The translations under genes were made by a program, and so were the position numbers. Below the pieces are notes generated by a model. It was not told the DNA's origin. It saw only the letters and a program-made list of their open reading frames with translations, and made no database searches. A stretch of DNA of 64,000 nt from assembly GCF_009914755.1 (NCBI RefSeq), contig NC_060929.1; one strand, written 5' to 3'. Source of the stretch: the human T2T-CHM13v2.0 reference genome, Homo sapiens. Numbering within the stretch: position 1 is the first letter of the stretch; every line of letters begins with the position of its first letter. Shown piece by piece: positions 52,655 through 64,000 of this stretch.

Positions 52655-54283
52655 AATGCTATAGATATGAAACCATCATCCTATGGCATTTCATGTTTCA
52701 GAGAAGTTTAAGGTCAGCCTAATTTTTGTCCCTTTTTAGGTAACCTGCTTTATTTTTTATCTGCCTGAAAACTTTAAATCTATTTTCATCTTTCTTGAAA
52801 TTAACTAAGTCTTACATACTTTTTTTCAGTGTCACAGAGTACTCAAATATTTTTGTCTGGTCCCCATATTAAACATGTTTCAGTGGTTTTTATTTTTTTC
52901 AGAGTGATTTTACTTTCTTTTAGGCTGCAGCATATTTGGCCAACCATTATTTGGGCTCTCTGGGTTATTCATCTTCAAAGTAGGACACTGCTATTTAGAC
53001 CACTTCCACCACTTGTGGTTCATGGAAAACCACTGACAACAGGTTTACTGATACACTGTTTTCAGAGTTGTGAGTTTTTACCATTTTTAGTACTCTCATG
53101 GTTATTTTACTGGGTAATTTAAAGAGATTTATTAACAGCTGCTGAGCAGAAGTCATTTTAAATCAGAAGCTACCCTATCCAAAATGTCTACATTTTTGAA
53201 ATACTAATTTTAGCAATGTCTCCCAAGGTATTTCCATTAAGGAAGAGCATTTGCATTGTGAGCATTATATCTGGAACTCCTATACTTTAGAATCAGAAAA
53301 GAGAATGTGAAGTAGCAGTTCATATTTCACAGGATAATTAAAGCAAGAGATTTGGTATTCCTCTACAACAAGAATTACAAAGTTAGGTAGTGGTCTGGAA
53401 ACCAGTGAAGCTGATTGCAAAATGAATATTTAAAAGCCCCTCTGATTTAATGTGCTCTTGTTTCCATTCCCTTTATTCTTTACAAAGAATCCTCTGTAAA
53501 TATTGCTTTAAGGATTATCAGGCTTCAATTTTCAAATTCATCCAAAGACCATAATTTAAACCATAATATTGGCTTTACAAATGTAAACAGTGATTGAACC
53601 ACTTTCCTTTAGCTAATAGGAATGCCAATGAAATTAGAGTCAATTAAATAATTGCTTTATTAACGTAATGTATTACTGCTGTAAGACATGCCATGGCACA
53701 TCCAGCCGGGAGGATAGCTAGGAGAGAACAGGACTACATCAAGGTAAAGAGAATAAACAGCATATTCTAAAAACTTAGTCCACAGAGAAGAGTAAAACAG
53801 CAATTGAAATTTTGATTCATCGATTTCATAGTTTAACTATGGCTGAGGATGGAAAAATCCTAAGAGAGTTTAAAGGTTTTCATTTAATTCAAAGGATACT
53901 TAGTGTGGGATAAATTATGTCTTCAGGTTAGGTTTAACTTAGCTTCTCTCCTCTCTCTGCCTTCTGGACACCAGCTGCAGGAAACTGCCTTTGTCCCTGC
54001 AGTCTAAACCCTGGTTGGATCTCTTTAATGACTCTTCATTAGTGACTTACTACTGCTGACAAGATGTTTAAACTCCTTATCAACATATACAAACCTCTTT
54101 CTGACTTGGTTCCTGCTCGCATATCCAGCTCCCTCTTCTACCATTCTTCTCCCATCCTACCCTTCAGTGGGACCTTCAGCGCACCCTATAGACAATGCAG
54201 GCTCACTTCACCCTTCAGCTGTTCATACCAAGGAAGAGCTGATTATTTCCTGTGAATTATTCATCTTTCAAGACATAACTTAA

Positions 54284-54616
<333 letters not shown>

Positions 54617-55320
54617 GTAAATGTCCCTTCTTATGCCAAGTTTTCTATCCACTCTCCATCTCCAGTCTCGCCTCCTTCTTCCCCTAAGCAAGTACTGATA
54701 TTTTTGAAATACTTTTATGATAATTTTTTTCCTTTATGAAAATACAGAGGTATGTGATTATTTACTTCTAATATTGCATACCTTGAGAGATTATTTGCAG
54801 TTATTTTTTAAACTTCTGTGTCCCCCTACTGTGTTGTCCCCTCTCTTTTTGATGGCAGGACTGAATCTATTATCTCAATAACTTCAGAACCTAGTGAATT
54901 ATTTGGTGATTCTGCTCAGCAAATATTTGAGGACTAAATGAATAGATAGGCAGTTTGCACAGTGGTATCTCTAGTAAGGTAGGGAACAGGTTCTTAGTAA
55001 TTATGGTTTTTCTTGTAGCTCACCTCCTAGCCTGTTCTGTCCCAAGAGGTTGTGTATATCTTAGCACAGAAGAGCAAGGAAGAGAGTTTGTGGGTTTTGT
55101 TTTTGTTTCTTTCTGATTCAAGGTCAAACTACCAAAAAAATTCTGTACAGCCAGAAATGAATCCTTTGGAAAGGATTCATTTGTAAAGGATTCACTCTTT
55201 ACACTATTCCTCATCATTCAGCTAAAAGTATTAAATACAAATTATCACCTACCTGCTACACCAAAAATAATTGATATACAAAACCATGACAACTCTTAAG
55301 AATCAAAATGAACTAAAATC

Positions 55321-56262
55321 TGTTATGAATTTTGTGACATAAGAAGAGATGTATATTTGGTCTCTGCCCCAGTTCCTGACACAGAGCTCCTAAAACCCTT
55401 GTAATTTCCAAAGTGATAGGGATAATAGGAGCATGTTTTGTTATAAATCTTTTGTTCTGGTCTTAGTCTCTGGTTCCTGATAAAAGAGCTTCTAAGACCC
55501 AGTGATAAGAGTGTCATTTTATATGCTAATGAGATGACTACTGGCTGGGGTCCCTGAGTAACTTTAGGATGGGGCTGGTTCTCAGAAAGATCAAGGCATG
55601 ATTAGAGGGTTGAGACTTTCAGCCCAACCCCTTGACATCCCAGAAGGAGAAAAGGGCTGGAAATTGAGCCAATGGCCAATGATTTAATCAATCATGCTTA
55701 TGTGATGAAACCTCTATAAAAATCCTAAATGACAGAGTGTGGGAGCTTCTGGGTTAGTGAACACATCCACATGCCAGGAGGGTGGCACATCTCTACTCTG
55801 CAGAAGCTTTTGTGCTCAGGCAGGACCATTCTGGACCTCAGCCTATGTACCTCTTCATCTGGCTGTGTATTTCTATCCTTTATAATATCCTTTATAATAA
55901 ACCTTTATAATATCCTTTATAATAAACAATAAACTTAAGTGTTTCCCTGAGTTTTATGAGCCATTATAGCAAATTATCAAACCTGAATGAGTTGTGGGAA
56001 CCCCAGATTTGTAGCCAAGTCAGAAATGTGGTTAACCTGGAGACCCACCACTTGTGATTGGCATCCAAAATGAGGGGCAATCTTGTAGGACTGAGCCTTT
56101 AACCTGTGGGGACTGCACTAACTCCGGGTAGTTGGTATCAGAGTTAAATTTAATAGTAGGACATGCAGTTGGTGTCTACAGAGAACTGGAGAACTGCATG
56201 CTGTGGAGAACCCAAACATTTAGTATTCTAAGTGTCGCGAGTAGAGAAACGATTTTCCTAGA
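55321..56262 (+). mobile_element. MER21 (C-like) ERV solo LTR
   Basis: tgttatg...gtgacataagaa...cacagagctcctaaaacccttg; tataaaa near 55715; aataaa near 55921; about 940 bp. Right boundary approximate. Confidence 0.8.
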
Positions 56263-56957
56263 GATGTTAAGGATGAAAGGAAGTGAGGTAGCATGGAAGA
56301 AAGAAATATGACTATCAGGTGCTATATTTTCCCTTCCATATTTATTATCTCATTTATTTCTGAAACAACTATTCAGTGTAAATATTATTATCCCCATTTT
56401 TACATTTTACATTGGAATGCAAGAACTCTTAAGACTCCAGCAGTTCTTTTGCCATTTTCATACATGCATTCTCACTCTGAAAAGGCCAACCTACTTGCTG
56501 TCCATTTATGGTTTCTTTTCTGCTTTTAAACACATTGATCATTCACACAAACACAGACCTCATACTCTTTATATTAGAATGTTTTATCTGCTTTTTGTTC
56601 TTAGTCTAAAAAGAAGGCATAGACTCTATCTTGTCTATATTCAACAAAACCTCCTATACTTTATAGATGCAAATATTTAAGAAACTTATGCACAGGTTTT
56701 GTGCTATTATCATGTAAATTATTTTAAAGAAGATTAAACTTATGAAAATGCATATATTTATATATACACATATACACACACATACACAAGTCTTTAAAAA
56801 ATATTAGGGTTTAAATGCAAAGATCAGAGGAAACTCAGTCTTTGGTATCTATTTAAATTTATCATTTCATCTTAAGTTTGTACCTTCTGTACTTTGTCAA
56901 TGAAGAATCCACAACTCAGGCTGAAGTCATTTCCCCTTATGAAAAACTGGCAGCTGG

Positions 56958-57310
56958 GTGTATCCAGTTATCTATTGTATAACAAGCCACCCCAAAACTT
57001 AGTGAATTAAAACAATACAATCAACTATTTCTCACAATTCTCTGGGAAGCTCTGCTTGTCTTGCCTAGACTTACCAATCTGATAGCTCATCTAATCAGGC
57101 TGGGGCTCTCTGCGGGTATTGTCTTTCATGTCAGTCTTCTTCACAGCATGATGGTTTTCTAAAGGGCAGCCCCAATGCACCAGTTTCTACTCTCATCATG
57201 TTTGCTGATGTCCCTTGGCCAAAGCAAGTCACAGGACCAAGCCCAGAGTCAGTATGGGATCCTGGGACTTGTAATTTATTGGAAGTCATCACTATAACAA
57301 TCTACTGCTC
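56958..57310 (-). mobile_element. MLT1 LTR remnant
   Basis: gttatctattgtataacaagccaccccaaaacttagtg...ttggccaaagcaagtcacaggaccaagccc. Confidence 0.7.
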
Positions 57311-58029
57311 TAGGCATCTTTATGACACACTTTGAATTATATTTCATATACTTCTAGGGCTGAGGACATACTGTAATTAACCACATAGAGCCTTGAGTAT
57401 GCTGAAGATTATTGATGCCTACTTATCAAAAGAATATGGTGTATGGTTGAGAGGTATATGCATTGATTTAAGTGCTTCTTTGACTTTATAAGGAAGCCAC
57501 ATATTAAATATTTGTATTCATCCCACTTGTTTTTAGATACCCACTACAGGTTTTACCTGTAGCTACTGAATTAAATGCTGACCTTTCCTTATTTTAAGTT
57601 TTTCTCAAATTATAAGACCCTGGAAGAATTACCCCTGCACTCTGGTCTTATTTCAGCAATTGTACTCAACAAGCTCTCCATTCACCACAGCAGGCTTGCC
57701 AGTTCATAATGTATGGAGTACATGTTCTGGATACACATAGATAGGTCAGGATATATAAAAATTCCTAGTTCCAGTTTATTATGATTCTTAAAGAGTAGAG
57801 ATTCAAACCATCTGTTCAAGATATTGGCACAGAAAAAAAGGGCATAGATTTTAAAATTAGAAAATATGAGCTTCAGTTGTATCATTTACTAGCAAGTTAC
57901 ATAATTTCTTTGCATCTTAGTTTTCTAGTATAGAAAATGGAAATATTAATAATAGCTACCATAACATTATTTGGAGCATTAACTGAGATGATTAAGCAAA
58001 GGTCTGCACAGCACTATACAAATGTATTA

Positions 58030-58292
58030 CACAATTCCCTTACCTGAAACCATTGAGGTCATTTTCAAAACTCAGACTTTGGAAAGGTAATACAATGCAT
58101 TTTCTGTTTATTTAAAGTAACCTTCCCAACAGAGTATAGGGTAGTACTATACAACCAAACACATTAATATATCTGCAGCAAAACATATAAACATTCATTT
58201 TAGGTGGAATAAATTAAGACTATCAACTTATAAGAAAAGACTTTTAGTTTAAGAGTTATGTGTATTTCAGAATTGTAGTTAAGGAATTGTGA
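58030..58292. mobile_element. MER46C-like Tigger MITE
   Basis: Inverted ends cacaattccctta / taaggaattgtg; internal aaacacattaatatatctgcagc. Confidence 0.7.
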
Positions 58293-58659
58293 GTATTTTA
58301 TTTGCATATAAGTTTAGTTTATTTTTAATTTTTTAAAAACTCCACATAATCTTTAATGGTTAGGATTGTTCATAAATTTATATAGGATAGTATAGATGAT
58401 TTTGATTATTGGTGTACAAATGCCAATATTTACTGACCTTTCTAAAGCAGTAAATAATATTTCCATTTGGAAGAAGTAAAGAGGTAAAAAGAGAATTGTA
58501 GGACAACAAATGACATAAGCAAGGGATATGTGATAATAAATAAGTCAATTTGTAGGTGCTTAATTAGGTTATTTATGATGTAAAGCAAATAAGCAAATAT
58601 ATGGTGAAAAGTACATGGCAAAGTTAGTAATATTATGTACTATATGTCTTGTGTTGTAT

Positions 58660-59300
58660 TTGACATTTTGAGTAAACAAATCCAATATAAGATCTGGTCT
58701 CTGCCTTTAGGAAGCACATAATCCTGCTCAGAGATAGACCAATCATGTATACACACGAAGGAGCTACTGAGATCAAAGCATTGTTCATTCATTAGAAACT
58801 GAGAAAGGACATAGTTTGGTAAGAGCAGGAGCTACCAGAGAGGGTGTTGTGAGGGAAGTAGGAGTTGAAGGATGCCTTCAGTTTGGGTAGAGAAAAGATG
58901 ACCAAAACCCAAGGGAAGACATGAGGGTGGGCACATATATTCCAGAGGCAGAGAGGGGCCAGTGTGTATAGAACAACAAAGGGATCAGAAGTCATGTAGT
59001 AGAGCCATTTGCAGATGGACTTAAAAGCCTATTGGGAATAGTTCAGACTTGATGGATCATATAATAGAAAATTACTGCAAGTTCTTGAGCCGAAGAATAA
59101 ACTCCTGAAATTGATAGTGAATAAAGGCAAGTTTGACACTGAAATACAGTGCAAAGGTGGATCGGAATTGAGAAAGACTGGGAACAAGGACGCTGCTAAA
59201 ATAATCCATGCAGGCACATCATAAGGACTAAGACTGGGGCTGGGGGCTAGGGAGTTGTTGAGTAGGAAGAAGAAAAGGTAAATCTGAAAATTCTGATTAG
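58660..59300 (-). mobile_element. L2 fragment
   Basis: ggtctctgcctttaggaagcacataatc; ataatccatgcagg...aaggactaagact. Confidence 0.5.
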
Positions 59301-59459
59301 ATGGCTTGAAGAAAAGTGGCAAAGAAAACTAGCATTTTTTAGCCAGTTCAGATTCAGACAGGCAGAACTGTTGTGAAATTAGGGATGGTGGAAGCAGGAG
59401 TTCATTGGAGGGAAGGAAAAAAAAAAAAAGATGAAAAACAGAAATCTGAGAGAAAGGAG

Positions 59460-59782
59460 TTTTTTTTTTTTTTTTTTTTTTAATTTTTTTTTGTTTTGTT
59501 TTGAGATGGAGTCTCACTCTGTCGCCCAGGCTGGAGTGCAGTAGCGAGATCTCGGTTTACTGCAAGCTCCGCCTCCCGGGTTCATTCCATTCTCCTGCCT
59601 CAGTCTCCTGAGTAGCTGGGACTACTGGCACCCGCCACCACGTCTGGCTAATTTTTGTATTTTTAGTAGAGACGGGGTTTCTCCGTGTTAGCCAGGATGG
59701 TCTTGATCTCCTGACCTCGCGATCCGCCCACCTCGGCCTCCCAAAGTGCTGGGATTACAGGCATGAGCCACCGCGCCAGACC
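59460..59782 (-). mobile_element. AluY
   Basis: gcaagctccgcc, gttagccaggatgg, many CpGs retained; short TSD ggagtt. Confidence 0.92.
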
Positions 59783-59941
59783 GGGAGTTATTTTTTAAAA
59801 AACAAATTCCAAGGCCTAAACTCCCTCAAATTCTGAACTGGTAATATTGTCAGCAATGATTAAACTTCAGAAATGATAGTAACTCTTAAGTTAACACAAC
59901 AGCCTCAACTGTCAAAGAAAACAAATGGAGCACAATGTACA

Positions 59942-60300
59942 TGCAATGGACTGGATGTTTGTATTCCTCCAAAATTCATATGTTGAAATCCTGACAGCCA
60001 GTATGATGGTATTAGAAGGTGGGAACTTTCAAAGACGATTAGGTCACAAAAGTATTGCTCTCATGAATTTGATTAATGCCCTTATAAAAGAGACCCCAGA
60101 GAGATTTCTCATCCTCTTTCCACCATGGGAGGAGATCACAATGAGAAGTTGGCTGTCTACAACCCAGAAGAGGACTCTCCCCAGAACCTGGCCAGGCTAG
60201 CACCCTGATCGTGACTCCCAGCCTCCAGAGGAGAAATAAATGTTTGTTGTTTGAGCCAACCAGTCTATGGTATTCTGTTACAATCGTCTGAATTAAGACA
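59942..60300 (+). mobile_element. MLT1A/B-like solo LTR
   Basis: TG...CA ends, 359 bp, perfect TSD gtaca at 59937-59941 and 60301-60305. Confidence 0.9.
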
Positions 60301-60529
60301 GTACACCAGAAAATAAGACAGAACACTGTAACATATTTTATAAAGTGTTGATACTTTGAGGCATTTATTGTAATTTGTAAGTATTTGGACCTCTCTATTT
60401 GATGAAGACTTCATATTTAATTGTGAGAAAGTTCTTTCTTATGCCATACTGATAGCTCTTTAATACCTGTTAGTAAAAATAAGTTTTCTCATACCTCTTT
60501 GCACTCAGTAACATTTCCCAGTTCGGCTA

Positions 60530-62830
60530 TGCTTTCTGTCATTATAGTTTTGCTTTTTCTAGAATTTCATATTAATGGGATCATGTAGTACATAGTCTTT
60601 TGTCTTTGGTCCTTTCACTTAGCATGTTTTTGAGATTCGTTCACATTTTTGAGTTATTCATATTTTGTTATTTTTATTGCTGAGTAATATTTGATAGTAG
60701 AGATATATCACCATTGTTTATTCGTTCAACAGTTGATGGACATTTGGGTTGCTTCCCACTTTGGTTGTTATGTATAATGCTGCTATAAACATTTGCAACC
60801 TCATCTTTGCATGGACATGTATTTTTACTTGAATAAAATAGCTGGGAGGGGAATTCCTGTGTTCTATGGAAAAAATATATTTAACTCTTCATAATGTACT
60901 GTCAGATTGATTTCTAAAGTGGCTGTTCCATTTTTTATTCCCACCAACACTGTATGAAAGTTTCAATTACTTTACATCTTTGTCAACACTTATTATTGGC
61001 AGTCTTTTAACTTTTAGCCATTCTACAGTAGGTATGTAGTAGTACCTTACACTGGTAGTAATTTACGTTTCCCTGAGATAACTATCAATGTTGAGTATCT
61101 TTACCTGTGCTCGTTGGCCATTTGTATATTATCTTTTGAAAAGTGTGTGCTTAAGTATTTCCCTATTTATGAAATTGAGTTTTCCCATTGAGTTGTAAGA
61201 GTTCTTTATACATGTTGGATTCGAGCCTTTTGTCAAGAATCGTCTATAAAAAATTCCTTCTAGTCTTGGCATGCCTCTTTGTTTTCTTAAGTATGTCTTT
61301 TGGAAGAAAAAAGTTTTTAATCTTAATGAGAGTCCATTTTAACTTCATTTCTCTTTTCACAGTTTTTGTCTTTTGTGTCAAGTTTAAGAAATCTTTGCCT
61401 AACCTAGTGTCATAAAGATTTTCTTTCCTATGTTTTCTTCAGAAGTTGAGTAGTTTAGGTCTTCATATTTATATCTAAAATTCATTTTAAGTTAATCTTT
61501 GTGAAAAGCTGTGAAATAAGGATAAAAGCTCATATGTTTCCTTATGTAAATATCCAGTTGTTCCAGTATCACTTATTGAAAAGACTGTTTTTTTCCTCCA
61601 TTGAAATAACTTAGCACTTTTGTCAAAAATAAATTGACCATATAAGCATGGATCTATTTCTAGACTCTTTATTAAGATTCATTTTCCTATGAAAAAGTCC
61701 ATTCTTTAGTCAGTTCTACACTGTCTTGATTAAGGTAGCTTTATAGGAAGTCTTTAAATCAGGTAATGTAACCCCTCCAAATTCATCCTCCCTTTTCAAA
61801 ATTGTTTGGTCATTCTGAATCCTTTACTTTTTAATATAAATTTAAAAATTATCTTGCCAAATAATCTTGTTTGAATTTTAATTGGGATTTTGTGGAATTT
61901 ATAGATCAATTTGGGGAAGACTGTCATCTAAAAATATTGAATCTTCAATTCATTAACATGAATTTATTCCCCCATTTATTTACTTATTTTACCTTTTACT
62001 TTTTTTGCAATGTTTTACTTTCCTTTTGCAATGTTATATAGACTTAAGTGTTCGCGTCTTGCATATCTTTTGTTATTTTTATTCTTGAATATTTTTATGC
62101 TATTTGAAATTGAAGTTTAAAAATTTTTATTATTAACTGTTTTTTTGCTAACATATAGAAATACCAGTTTTTATATTGACTTTGTATCCTGCAATCTTGC
62201 TAAATTTATTCATTAGATTTAATACCTTTTTTGTGGATTCCTTATGATTTTCTACCTAGCCGATCACGTCATTTGCAAAGAAGGACATCTTTACTTCTCC
62301 CTTTCTTATTCGCATGCTTTCTGTTTTCTTTGCTTGTCTTATTGCACTGGCCAAAATATCTAATACGATGTTTTTTGTTTGTTTGTTTGTTTGTTTGTTT
62401 TGAGACGGAGTCTCGCTCTGTCGCCCAGGCTGGAGTGCAGTGGCACTATCTTGGCTCACTGCAAGCTCCTTCTCCTGGATTCACGCCATTCTCCTGCCTC
62501 AGCCTCCTGAGTAGGTGGGACTACAGGCGCCCGCCACCACGCCCAGCTATTTTTTTTTTTTTTTTTTTTTTTGTCTAATACGATGTTTAAAAGAGTTTGG
62601 GAGAAGACAATCCTTGCCTTATTACTGATCTTTGAGTATGGTATTAGCTGTAGGTCTTTCATAGGTGCCCCTAATCAAGTTGGTATGTTCTCCTTTGTTC
62701 CTAGTTTACTGAGTTTTTATTATGGAATTGTTTTGTCAAACATTTTTCTACATCTATTGCAATGACTACATTTTTTTTTCTCCTATACTATTTTGATATG
62801 GTGAATTGAATTGGCTGTTTGTGTTCCAGG
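60530..62830 (-). mobile_element. Old L1M (MC/MD/ME-type) 3' half
   Basis: gttgatggacatttgggttg, ttgttccagtatcacttattgaaaagac, tatagatcaatttgggg. Confidence 0.8.
62374..62573 (-). mobile_element. AluY right monomer, truncated in the linker
   Basis: Perfect 15-bp TSD tctaatacgatgttt at 62359-62373 and 62574-62588; (GTTT)n tail. Confidence 0.92.
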
Positions 62831-64000
62831 AACATGTAAATAATTGAACCTAAACTGCAAAGTGAAGGATAGAACATTTAATGATAATAGTATCATTAAA
62901 AATGGAAAATAAAAACATGTGTCTTAATATTACTTACTTAACGCACCCTTTTAAAAAAATCAGCAGAAAAACACCAAATGCTAGACATCTGAGTTAGTAT
63001 GGGTAGGAATGGGGTCTGTTCAAAGAGGAGATATTATCTAATGTTTTTCTTTCTTTTCTGATTTTTAAATTTTTCATGTTTATTGAAAGTACTCATTTTT
63101 GCTTTGACATTATGTTACAAAGTTGACAACTCAATATTAAATTCCATTAAATGAATTCAAATCATTTGCTTAAAATCACATATTTTTTCTATAGAAAAGG
63201 AGCTTGTCATCAGGTAACTTGTAGGTACCTCATTATGTAGAAAAATTGTATTACCAGCTAAAAGTTTTAGCAGTGATTCATTCTCATTTATAATAAAAAC
63301 AAAAATATTCCTGTGATTAAATTTAGCTGTAGTATTTGGCTACATCCTGATGCTTTTGATTCCATGAATGTTTAATTTCATTCTAGAGAGAAAACATTTG
63401 GGTGATTAGGGGCAGGACTAAGCACCCATACTCACAAAAACTGAACACAAAATGAAACAATTCATCATGCAGAAAATAGTCTCCATAAAAATACAGTTTC
63501 CTGAAAGGTAAATTATAAAAGTATGCATTTACCCAATCATTTTAAATGCCATAATTATACAGGCTGCTCATCAAAAGACTTTTAGGATTCATTAAAATCA
63601 TAAAACAATTCTAATTAAATCCATATTTAAATTAAGTTTCTATAACTAACCTACATGGTACTTTAAATCAAACAAAAAAAGTTGTATAAAAGATCCAATT
63701 AATTGTAAGTTTTTGTAAGAATTAAAGCCTAATTACTCTATGATTAAGTTTCTCCAAAATGTAATCATCAATGGCTCTATTCAGAAGAATTAGCCTTCTG
63801 TACCCCAGATGCCAGCGGAGTGCTGCAGCCTGTCTTTGACACCAGCAAACCTATTCATCTGAAATCAGCATGACTGTGGAAACTTTACCTCCACCCCCAC
63901 TGGGGATCCAAGTGGAGAGACCAAACAAAGCTGCATATTTTATACAGATAAATGTCTCCCTATCTGCACAGTTCCCTATCTGATTAAATAGATTCATGTT

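Overview
Human genomic DNA: it carries a near-consensus AluYb8, a human-specific subfamily, plus primate Alu, L1PA and THE1/MST elements. It is AT-rich and dominated by decayed transposons. The only host coding sequence I can support is a minus-strand terminal exon (26168->26051, [39 protein letters not shown]), which I recognise from memory as the C-terminus of KIAA0825 (5q15); it is absent from the ORF track. Its 3'UTR runs leftwards to about 22.9-24.2 kb and probably holds an internally duplicated AluJ with A38/(TA)15 and the AluYb8. Everything right of 26170 would be one long terminal intron. Positions 4.1-22.7 kb are two nested LINE-1 stacks: L1PB > full-length L1PA > AluY, and L1MB > L1MA3-like > L1MA2-like > AluS. 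Nearly all supplied ORFs are L1/Alu debris or chance ORFs. I found no evidence of a new multi-gene biological system. The best second-look items are a candidate ancient L1 3' transduction, a dispersed 228-bp local duplication flanking a 36-bp perfect palindrome, several template-switch-like repair scars, the young Alu in the probable 3'UTR, and an antisense THE1 LTR with a perfect DUX4 motif. Repeat subfamily names come from remembered consensus sequences, not from a search.
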